Positions 35,712 through 45,881 of a DNA stretch of 64,000 nucleotides are shown here, in pieces. Source of the stretch: Patescibacteria group bacterium. Lineage in GTDB: Bacteria; Patescibacteriota; Patescibacteriia; SG8-24; DYFX01. The notes beneath the pieces were generated by a model, which was not told the origin of the DNA, did no database searches, and saw nothing but the letters and a program-made list of their open reading frames with translations. The first letter of the stretch is position 1, and each line of letters begins with the position of its first letter. The translations under genes were made by a program, and so were the position numbers. The stretch covers positions 60 through 64,059 of the forward strand of contig JBBTWH010000006.1 in NCBI GenBank assembly GCA_038062835.1, written 5' to 3'.

Positions 35712-36653
35712 ATGAAGAAACTCGTCGTGCCCGAACATGAGGCCGGGGAACGCCTGGATGCCTGGCTCGCCCAGCAGTATCCGGACCGCTCCCGCACCGC
35801 TTTCCAGAAGCTCATCAAGGAGGGCGGAGTTTCGGTGAACGGCAAGAAGGCCAAGGCGCATCTCGTCGTGAAATCCGACGATGCCGTGGAAATCCGAACG
35901 GGCGAAAAAACGTCCGCGGGCAAAAATGCGCGACCGGTTAATTTTGCCCGCGTGCGCGTCGTCGACGAGACGCCGGATTTCCTGGTGATCGAAAAGCCGT
36001 CCGGCCTGCTGGTCCATCCGGCTCCGTCCCAAAAGACTGCGACGCTCGTCGACTTCCTGGTGAAGCACGCTCCCTCCATACGGAAGGTCGGTGACGCCAA
36101 GGAGCGCCCCGGCATCGTGCACCGCCTCGACCGCGAGGCGAGCGGATTGATGGTCGTCGCAAAGTCCGCGAAGATGTTCGAGCATCTCAAGAAGCGGTTC
36201 CAGGCGCACGACATCACCAAAGAATATCTCGCGCTGGTCTATGGCAAGGTCGTGAAGGATTTCGACGTCATCCGAACGTCCATCGGCCGCAAGAAGGGGC
36301 GCGGACGCATGTCCGCCCGCGCCAAAGCGCAGGAGGGAGATAAGGACGCGGTCAGCCACTACGACGTCCTCGAGCGCTTCCCGCAGGCGACGCTGGTGAA
36401 GGTCCGCACCGAGACCGGCCGCATGCACCAGGTGCGCGTCCATATGAAATCCATCGGGCACTCGCTGGTCGGCGACGCGCTCTACGGAACGCCGAAACAG
36501 GAAACGACGTCGCTCCGAAAGGTGCGTCTCTTCCTCCATGCCGCCGCGCTCGGCTTCACCGACCTCGACGGACGGCGCCACGAATACCGCTCCGAACTCC
36601 CGCCCGATCTCCACGCCGTGATCGAAACGCTGCGATCCCGCCATGCCAAGTAA
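35712..36653 (+). CDS. RluA/RluD family pseudouridine synthase
   Basis: S4 domain, KPSGLLVHP, IVHRLDREASG, TGRMHQVRVH. Confidence 0.93.
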   Translation: MKKLVVPEHEAGERLDAWLAQQYPDRSRTAFQKLIKEGGVSVNGKKAKAHLVVKSDDAVEIRTGEKTSAGKNARPVNFARVRVVDETPDFLVIEKPSGLLVHPAPSQKTATLVDFLVKHAPSIRKVGDAKERPGIVHRLDREASGLMVVAKSAKMFEHLKKRFQAHDITKEYLALVYGKVVKDFDVIRTSIGRKKGRGRMSARAKAQEGDKDAVSHYDVLERFPQATLVKVRTETGRMHQVRVHMKSIGHSLVGDALYGTPKQETTSLRKVRLFLHAAALGFTDLDGRRHEYRSELPPDLHAVIETLRSRHAK

Positions 36654-37191
36654 GAAACCCGTCATCATCATCTGCGGCCTCGCGGGGTCGGGAAAATCCA
36701 CCGCCGCGACCGCCATCGCCAAGCGCTTCAAGCTCGCGCACGTCAGCGCCGGCGATCAGTTCAGGGCGGTCGCCAAGGAACGCAAGATGAGCCTGATCGA
36801 CCTTGGCCGCTACGCCGCCAAACACCCGGAGTTCGACAAGGAGCTCGACCGTCGGATGATGGCCGCCGCCAAGAAGGGCGGCGTCGTGCTCGACGGCCGC
36901 GCCTCGGCATATCTGGCGCGAAGGCTGAAGATTCCCGCCCTCAAGATCTTCCTGACGGTCGACCCCAAGGAAAGCGCGAAGCGGGTGGCCGCCAGGGACG
37001 GCATTTCCAAGGCAAAAGCCCTGAACATGAGCGCCCAGCGGGAGCGGGAGATCCGCACCCGGCTCAGGACCCTCTACGGCCTTGACACCTCATCGACCGC
37101 GTACTATGATGCGGTCATTCAAACGGATCGGTACACCCCCAAAGACGTGGCCGACCTGATCGCATCACTTGTCACCTATGATGGAAATTAA
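36643..37191 (+). CDS. cmk: cytidylate kinase (short, archaeal-type)
   Basis: [23 protein letters not shown]. Confidence 0.85.
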   Translation: MPSKKPVIIICGLAGSGKSTAATAIAKRFKLAHVSAGDQFRAVAKERKMSLIDLGRYAAKHPEFDKELDRRMMAAAKKGGVVLDGRASAYLARRLKIPALKIFLTVDPKESAKRVAARDGISKAKALNMSAQREREIRTRLRTLYGLDTSSTAYYDAVIQTDRYTPKDVADLIASLVTYDGN

Positions 37192-37507
37192 GCCTGGCAT
37201 GACCGTCCGGGTCCACCAGAAAATCAAGGAAACCACGCCCAAGGGCGAAGAGAAGGAGCGCATCCAGATCTTCGAAGGCATGGTCATCAAGCTCCGCGGA
37301 GCCGGCGTCTCCAAGACGCTCACGGTCCGCAAGGTCTCGGGCGGCATCGGCGTGGAGAAGATCTTCCCGCTGAACATGCCTTCGCTCGACAAGATCGAGC
37401 CGATCAAGCAGGCCCAGGTCCGCAAGGCCAAGCTCTACTTCCTGCGCGACTCCAAGAAGCGCCTGAAGGAGAAGAACCTCGTGCCGAACCCGTCCAAGAG
37501 CAAGTAA
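37178..37507 (+). CDS. rplS: 50S ribosomal protein L19
   Basis: [32 protein letters not shown]. Confidence 0.97.
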   Translation: MMEIKPGMTVRVHQKIKETTPKGEEKERIQIFEGMVIKLRGAGVSKTLTVRKVSGGIGVEKIFPLNMPSLDKIEPIKQAQVRKAKLYFLRDSKKRLKEKNLVPNPSKSK

Positions 37508-37551
37508 GCGAAAACCCCGACGTACGTCGGGGTTTTGCTATACTGCGGCAT

Positions 37552-37941
37552 ATGAATACGACCTGCTCCCGCGGCCACGTCTTCAAGAAGACGAACGCGC
37601 GTCCGACCTGCCCCATCTGCTGGCCGGGACGGTACGCCAGGAAAAACGTCTACGCCCTGCGCGCGGAACTCTGGATCTATCCCGGCTCCGTCGCCGCCTG
37701 GCATTTCATCACCGTCCCGAAGAAAGCCGGTACCGAGATCAGGGAGCGCTTCGGCGCGAAGGCCCGCGGTTGGCGCTCGCTCCCCGTCGCCGTCACCGTC
37801 GGCAAGACGCGCTGGAAGACATCCATCTTTCCCGACTCCAAGGCCGGCAGTTACCTGCTTCCCGTCAAAGCCGCCGTCCGCAAGAAAGAGAAGATGATGG
37901 AAGGAAAGATCGTGAAGTTCACGCTGGAAATCCTGGCGTGA
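37552..37941 (+). CDS. DUF1905 family protein with N-terminal Zn-finger
   Basis: CSRGH...CPIC; WHFITVP, WKTSIFP, YLLPVKAAVRKKE. Confidence 0.8.
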   Translation: MNTTCSRGHVFKKTNARPTCPICWPGRYARKNVYALRAELWIYPGSVAAWHFITVPKKAGTEIRERFGAKARGWRSLPVAVTVGKTRWKTSIFPDSKAGSYLLPVKAAVRKKEKMMEGKIVKFTLEILA

Positions 37942-37963
37942 ACCGCGGGTATTTTCGTCCCTC

Positions 37964-37993
37964 TTGCGTGAAAACGAGCGCTTCTGCTAGGAC
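37964..37993 (+). promoter_or_regulatory. putative promoter P1 of module A
   Basis: TTGCGT...GCTTCTGCTAGGA, conserved with 38328-38357. Confidence 0.55.
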
Positions 37994-38003
37994 CTCCGCG
38001 CGT

Positions 38004-38074
38004 GGGCGCAGCGTTCCTGGCGGAACGGCCAGACCTGCAATTCTGGCTTTGGGGTTCGATTCCCCCTGCGTCCA
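38004..38074 (+). ncRNA. atypical tRNA-like RNA A
   Basis: GGGCGCAG/CTGCGTCC acceptor, D hairpin CGTTCC-TGGC-GGAACG, 6-bp stem with 8-nt loop CCTGCAAT, T-arm GGGG-TTCGATT-CCCC; no encoded CCA. Confidence 0.75.
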
Positions 38075-38084
38075 TGCCCGCACG

Positions 38085-38114
38085 TTGACAAGCATGCGGA
38101 AATTCGGGTAGACT
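38085..38114 (+). promoter_or_regulatory. promoter P2 of module A
   Basis: TTGACA-18-TAGACT. Confidence 0.65.
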
Positions 38115-38120
38115 TTACCC

Positions 38121-38189
38121 ATTGCAGGTCTGGTCCCGCCAGGGCGAAAGCCAAAACGAAAACTCTCCGTGAGGGGAGTTTTCGTTTTT
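38121..38189 (+). ncRNA. small RNA complementary to tRNA-like RNA A
   Basis: 38121-38144 complementary to 38015-38041; ends in hairpin-U terminator 38152-38189. Confidence 0.7.
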
Positions 38190-38216
38190 GTCATCCCGAG
38201 CGACGCCGAGGGATCT
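38190..38216. repeat. REP-like palindrome
   Basis: GTCATCCCGAGCGACGCCGAGGGATCT, similar to 52664-52690. Confidence 0.7.
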
Positions 38217-38229
38217 GTTTACCTGTCCC

Positions 38230-38291
38230 TTTGGTACCAGGTACCGATACACCAGGTACCGATACAGGTATTTGGTACCAGGTACCGATAC
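38230..38291. repeat. GGTACC-rich direct repeats
   Basis: TTTGGTACCAGGTACCGATAC at 38230 and 38271; partial copy at 38251. Confidence 0.85.
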
Positions 38292-38327
38292 TAAGACCCG
38301 CCGGACGGCGGGTCTTTTCGTACCCCC

Positions 38328-38357
38328 TTGCGTAAAAAACACCGCTTCTGCTAGGAA
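38328..38357 (+). promoter_or_regulatory. putative promoter P1 of module B
   Basis: TTGCGT...GCTTCTGCTAGGA. Confidence 0.55.
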
Positions 38358-38368
38358 CCCGGGTGTAT

Positions 38369-38437
38369 GGGGTTGGCAGGTTCGCGGAGCCTTGGTTCGC
38401 CACCCGGGCCCTCCGGGTTCGAGTCCCGGCAGCTCCA
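38369..38437 (+). ncRNA. atypical tRNA-like RNA B
   Basis: GGGGTTG/CAGCTCC acceptor, GGTTC-GCG-GAGCC D hairpin, GGTTC-GCCACCC-GGGCC arm, T-arm CCGGG-TTCGAGT-CCCGG; no encoded CCA. Confidence 0.72.
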
Positions 38438-38447
38438 TACCGAGCGG

Positions 38448-38477
38448 TTGACAGTACCGTTCGCCGAGCGTTATCCT
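38448..38477 (+). promoter_or_regulatory. promoter P2 of module B
   Basis: TTGACA-18-TATCCT. Confidence 0.65.
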
Positions 38478-38483
38478 CTGGTT

Positions 38484-38552
38484 ACCCGGGTGGCGAACCA
38501 GGTTCCGCATCTGCGGAAGAAATCAAAAACTCCCCTTCATGGGGAGTTTTTG
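38484..38552 (+). ncRNA. small RNA complementary to tRNA-like RNA B
   Basis: 38485-38508 complementary to 38384-38408; terminator 38524-38552. Confidence 0.7.
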
Positions 38553-38570
38553 TTCGTGCCGAACTATGGC

Positions 38571-38936
38571 TTAGGTCGGCATGAGCCGGCCAAGGGTCGC
38601 TCCGCCCAGGCAAGCCATGCCGACAAGCGCGATGAGTGACAAGACGACGCCGACGACGGTACCGAACCGACGGGCCAGCAGCCCGATGAGATAAAACAAG
38701 CCTCCGTACCACACCAGGTTCAACGACGTGCCGAGCGCAAGGCCGGCAGACCCGCTTCCAGCGATCTGGGCGGCGACAGCGTAGGCCGGAAGACCCAATA
38801 TTCGCGTGACGAGATGAGCCACATACACAATCCGTGTATCGGAAAGCAAACGGAGATTGACCACCGGTGCGCTCACGAGGGCAATGACTGCCCCGGCGAT
38901 CAAGAACCGAATCTCTATCCGCTTGAGAAGCGACAT
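38571..38936 (-). CDS. hypothetical membrane protein
   Basis: About four hydrophobic segments; directly follows uvrA. Confidence 0.55.
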   Translation of the reverse strand: MSLLKRIEIRFLIAGAVIALVSAPVVNLRLLSDTRIVYVAHLVTRILGLPAYAVAAQIAGSGSAGLALGTSLNLVWYGGLFYLIGLLARRFGTVVGVVLSLIALVGMACLGGATLGRLMPT

Positions 38937-38941
38937 GGAAT

Positions 38942-41824
<2,883 letters not shown>

Positions 41825-41929
41825 GCGTCGGATGTTATGTCGGAAGGCAGTCTAGCACGCGTCAAGGGAGAGAGCAAGGTGCGAGGGTCGACGGACGAAA
41901 AGACGCGCTCGAAGGCGCGACTTTTACGG

Positions 41930-43435
41930 TCATTTCGGCTTGCAGTCGACGCCGTTGGTCAGGCCGCCGGTCAGGATGCGGAAGGCGACGCGGACCGTGC
42001 TGGCGTTGCCGCCGATGAGCGTGTTGCGCGTGCCGGCCAAGCCTGGGACTTTGCAGCCGCTCGAGCTCGTCTCGCAGGGATCTCCCTCGCAGACGGGCAG
42101 GAGATGGGCGGCATTTCCGACCTGCGTGCCCCAACTTGAACCGAGCGTCTCCGACGCGTGACAGTCTATGCTGGCGTCCGCTGCGGTCGACTCGCAATAA
42201 TGCATCTTCGCTTTCTCGTAACCGACGCAGTTGCTGACACGGTCGCAATAGACCGGAGCATAGATGCACTTCCCGTAGTTCGCGCTGTAGCCGCAATAGT
42301 ACATGCGCCTTCGGGCGTCAGATGAGCCGTCGTCGCGGCTGTCCTGGATGATCTTCTTCTTCGAGATTTTGAAGTCGTAGTCGCGCGGATCCCCGTTGTT
42401 CGCGGTGTTTTGCCAGTACTGGCAGCTTTCGTCGCCCTTCGGCCAATGAAGGAGCGCCGCGCGGCCGTCACTGAGGGTGTTGCACGCCTGGCATACGCCC
42501 AAACTGGTTTCGATACGCGGCACCCTATCGCCGTCACCCGCTGCCGCCACCGCCGCGACGCTCTTGTCGTATTCCTCGTTCAGCTGGGCTTGCGTGATGC
42601 CGACTCTGGGGATGCAGATCGAAAGCGTGTAGGCATCGCTGCTGACGGTGAGGCGCGTATCCTCGCAGCCGTAGTCGCCGATGTGTTCCTCGCCCTCAGC
42701 CTTCTTTTCCGCGGTATGCGCCTTGTCGCCGCGCCACAGGCACCAGATCCGCGAATCCTTCATGGTCCCGTCCGAGTTTCGGATCCTGGATTTTATGAAA
42801 CCGGCGGTCCCGCATCTGGTGTCAGGTACCGTGGTTCCACCCCCGCCTGCGGGGTTCCGGCGGGGGCCCGCTTTCGTGATCTGCTCTTCCGTGAGACCGT
42901 ACTGCTCCGCTAATTTGTCGCAGAACGGCAGGAACGTTATTTCGGTGCGGATGCCCGTGATGCCGCCGGGGACCTTAAGGGTCAGCAGCGCCGGATTGAT
43001 GGTATTGAGGATCGTGTAGGCGCTGAGCGCCAGCACCACGCCGATGAGCGCGTTGGTGATCCGTTTCTTGGCGGCGCCGATCTTGCCGGAGTCGCCGGCC
43101 GAAGTCAGGTACTGGATTCCGCCGACGACGATCATCACGGCGGCGACCAGGCCGATGATGGAGATCAGGAAGTTATAGATGATGCCGATGTACTGCGCGA
43201 GGTCGGCGAGCGTGCCTGCCGACTCCTCCCCTGGCGCCGAGGGAGTGCCCGGGATGACGATCTCAGTGACGATCGGGGCCGGCTTGTCGTCGATGGTCCC
43301 ATCCGCGTCGTATTGGGTGCCCGTCTGGCCGCCGGTTCGCTGCGCGAAAACCGGCAGCGCGATCAGGATCGCGGCGAAGAAGGCGAGGGCGACGAGTACG
43401 TTCTTACCTGTTTTCACACGCCTGGATACCGGCAA
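41930..43435 (-). CDS. CPR-type pilin-like protein with Cys-rich C-terminus
   Basis: YIGIIYNF...GGIQYLTSAGDSGKIGAAKKRITNALIG...ILNTINPAL; start uncertain. Confidence 0.8.
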   Translation of the reverse strand: MPVSRRVKTGKNVLVALAFFAAILIALPVFAQRTGGQTGTQYDADGTIDDKPAPIVTEIVIPGTPSAPGEESAGTLADLAQYIGIIYNFLISIIGLVAAVMIVVGGIQYLTSAGDSGKIGAAKKRITNALIGVVLALSAYTILNTINPALLTLKVPGGITGIRTEITFLPFCDKLAEQYGLTEEQITKAGPRRNPAGGGGTTVPDTRCGTAGFIKSRIRNSDGTMKDSRIWCLWRGDKAHTAEKKAEGEEHIGDYGCEDTRLTVSSDAYTLSICIPRVGITQAQLNEEYDKSVAAVAAAGDGDRVPRIETSLGVCQACNTLSDGRAALLHWPKGDESCQYWQNTANNGDPRDYDFKISKKKIIQDSRDDGSSDARRRMYYCGYSANYGKCIYAPVYCDRVSNCVGYEKAKMHYCESTAADASIDCHASETLGSSWGTQVGNAAHLLPVCEGDPCETSSSGCKVPGLAGTRNTLIGGNASTVRVAFRILTGGLTNGVDCKPK

Positions 43436-44834
43436 TCCCGTCGCGCACGATCGTCGTCACGGTACGGATTCCGTTGATTACGCCGCCCTCGCCCCCGCAA
43501 CCCTTGCCTGGATTGTACCCGCAAGGATTGGCGTTACAGAGATCCTGTAGAGCATCGGGTCTGGCGTCGATCCGGCCGGCTTTTTCCCATCCATAAGCCC
43601 AAAAAGCATAGGGGGAGCCTACTCTTTTCATGAAGAATGGCTTGATGACGTTGTAATTGTCGCAACTCGATGTGGCCGTCGGTTCGAGGCATTCGATATC
43701 TCCCTGGGCGCAACCTTTAAGATCTGGCATCCAGCGGCATAAACTCAAGCTCGTCTTGCCGGCTTGCTTCTGGCGGTCCCATGCTCCCTCCGTCAACGCC
43801 CCGTCGTTCGCGGTCACCTGCCAATATCCGCACCTTCCAGGATGCGTCACTTGGACTCTACTAGTTTCAGCTATCTGTTGCGGACCATAATCCGTACACG
43901 TAGCGCACGTGGCGAATAGCTCGAAGGCGAACGAAATATCGCTATCCGGACGCGGAGCGCCCGTCGGCATGCGATGTTCCTCCAACCACTGCCGATACTC
44001 CGGCGTATCACCACCGAAGTCAGGCGCGGTTATGCCTTTGCTTTCGATGGACTTTTGATCTACGAACGCTAGAACTCGTTCGCTGTCAAACGGATCATTG
44101 GTGTACGCGCTCGTCGTCAATGTCTGCACGCATGTCGCGTCCATAGCGCCGTGGTATTTGCTGACCTTCAGTATGTCCGGCATATTCGAATCGGCTGGCT
44201 TTTTCGGACACGCGCTGCGATAGAGGCAAGCGAGCCGCGATTGGCCATTGGTGTATTCGCCGACCGAACCGCACTTTCCCGGCTCGCCCCAGATAGGATT
44301 CACGGTACTGCCGTCGGCCGTAACCGTGTCGCACCAGGGCATGAACGTCGTCTTGGTGCTCACCGAGGTGACGCCGACGAGCGGCTTCATCACGAGAAGT
44401 TCCGGATTGATGGTCTTCAAGATGGTATACGCGCCGAGGACGAGGACGAGGCCTATGAGGGCGTTGGCCATCCGGCTTTTGGCGGCGCCGATCTTGCTGG
44501 CGTCGCCGGCGGACGTCAGGTACTGGAACCCGCCGATAATCATCATCACCGATGCGATAAGGCCGGCGATCGAGATGAGGAAGTTGTAGATGACGCCGAG
44601 GTACTGAGCGAGGTCCACGACCTTGCCCTCGGCGAAATATTCGACCCTCTTGTCGAGCGTCTTAAAGGACTGCGTGTCCTGATCAGACGTCGGAATGATG
44701 ATGTCGGTATAGATCGGCGCCGGATCTTCCTTTTTTTCCTGCGCGAGCGCGACCCCTCCGAACGCCAGCGCAACGGCGAGAATCACGCCAAGGACGACCG
44801 CGCGCGAACCTGGCGTCAGTGACGTCTTCGGCAT
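43404..44834 (-). CDS. CPR-type pilin-like protein with Cys-rich C-terminus
   Basis: YLGVIYNF...GGFQYLTSAGDASKIGAAKSRMANALIG...ILKTINPEL. Confidence 0.8.
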   Translation of the reverse strand: MPKTSLTPGSRAVVLGVILAVALAFGGVALAQEKKEDPAPIYTDIIIPTSDQDTQSFKTLDKRVEYFAEGKVVDLAQYLGVIYNFLISIAGLIASVMMIIGGFQYLTSAGDASKIGAAKSRMANALIGLVLVLGAYTILKTINPELLVMKPLVGVTSVSTKTTFMPWCDTVTADGSTVNPIWGEPGKCGSVGEYTNGQSRLACLYRSACPKKPADSNMPDILKVSKYHGAMDATCVQTLTTSAYTNDPFDSERVLAFVDQKSIESKGITAPDFGGDTPEYRQWLEEHRMPTGAPRPDSDISFAFELFATCATCTDYGPQQIAETSRVQVTHPGRCGYWQVTANDGALTEGAWDRQKQAGKTSLSLCRWMPDLKGCAQGDIECLEPTATSSCDNYNVIKPFFMKRVGSPYAFWAYGWEKAGRIDARPDALQDLCNANPCGYNPGKGCGGEGGVINGIRTVTTIVRDGIAGIQACENR

Positions 44835-44837
44835 ACT

Positions 44838-45545
44838 TCAGGAATCAGAGAAGCGTTTGATAAGAGCTTCGAAAGCTTCGCGGGGGATGGCGCCTTCGAC
44901 GGGACGGCCGTTGAAGAAGAAGGTGGGCGTGCCGCGCACGCCGGCGGACGCTCCGGCGGCGGCATCGGACCGGATCTCGTCCAGGCGCGCGTGAATCTCC
45001 ATGCAGGCGGCGTAGACCTTCATATCGAGGTTGGACTGCTGGGCAGCGCGATCGAGGTCGGCGCGAGCCAGCGCGCCCTTCAAGGCGAAGAGGCGGTCGT
45101 GCATCGGCCAGAACTTGCCTTGCGACTGGGCGCAACCGGCCGCTTCGGCGGCGGCCATGGCGTCCGGATGGAGCTCCGGTACCGGGAAGTCGCGTATGAC
45201 GAAGCGCACTCGGTCGCCGTAGGCGGCGGCCGCCTCGCGGAATATGGCCGACGACTGGCCGCAGAACGGGCACTGGTAATCGAGGAACTCCACGACGACG
45301 AGCTTGGCGTCCGCGGGGCCGATCGAGGGGTCGTCGGCGGCGTCGAGATCGGCGAGTTTCACGGGGCCGGAGGCGGCTCCGGAAACGGAGAACTGGGAGC
45401 CGAACTGCGGCAGTTCCACGGCCTCGCCGCTGGCGATCTGCCGGTAGTAGACCAGGACCTGCCAGATGAAAAGCGCCGACAGCGTCAGGATCGTGCCGAC
45501 GAACAGCGACGCTCCGAACGAGGTGATGCCGCGTCGTGAGTCCAT
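44838..45545 (-). CDS. DsbA family protein
   Basis: EFLDYQCPFC, RDFP, GVRGTPTFF. Confidence 0.92.
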   Translation of the reverse strand: MDSRRGITSFGASLFVGTILTLSALFIWQVLVYYRQIASGEAVELPQFGSQFSVSGAASGPVKLADLDAADDPSIGPADAKLVVVEFLDYQCPFCGQSSAIFREAAAAYGDRVRFVIRDFPVPELHPDAMAAAEAAGCAQSQGKFWPMHDRLFALKGALARADLDRAAQQSNLDMKVYAACMEIHARLDEIRSDAAAGASAGVRGTPTFFFNGRPVEGAIPREAFEALIKRFSDS

Positions 45546-45623
45546 ACTTCGGAAGCATACCATAATTGACACCGAGGCGCAGGATTGTTACGCTTCTCCT
45601 GTCTTTCAGACGATTTTTCCGCT

Positions 45624-45842
45624 ATGCAAAACATCATCGCCACCGCCCAGATCGCCGTTTCCGTCCTCATGATCGCAGCCATCCTGCTCCAGCAGAAGGG
45701 CGTCGGCCTCGGAGCCGCTTTCGGCGGCGACGGCGCCTCCTTCCGCACCAAGCGCGGCCTCGAGAAAGGCCTCTTCTACGCCACCATCGTCCTCGCCGCG
45801 ACCTTCCTCGGCCTGGGCCTCGCGCTCATCATCGTCTCCTAA
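45624..45842 (+). CDS. secG: preprotein translocase subunit SecG
   Basis: ILLQQKGVGLGAAFGG...RGLEK. Confidence 0.92.
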   Translation: MQNIIATAQIAVSVLMIAAILLQQKGVGLGAAFGGDGASFRTKRGLEKGLFYATIVLAATFLGLGLALIIVS

Positions 45843-45881
45843 CTCCGAAGCCCGGCGCGCCGGGCTTCCGCGTTTTCCGGC

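Noticed and set aside
38004-38074. tRNA-Sec, tRNA-Pyl or ordinary tRNA-Cys call
   Set aside because: No UCA or CUA anticodon, no long variable arm, 8-nt loop and A73
38230-38291. Possible mini-CRISPR array
   Set aside because: No unique spacers of regular length and no cas genes in the window
37919-38639. Short ORFs predicted across the tRNA-like modules
   Set aside because: No SD or coding character; they overlap promoters, cloverleafs and terminators
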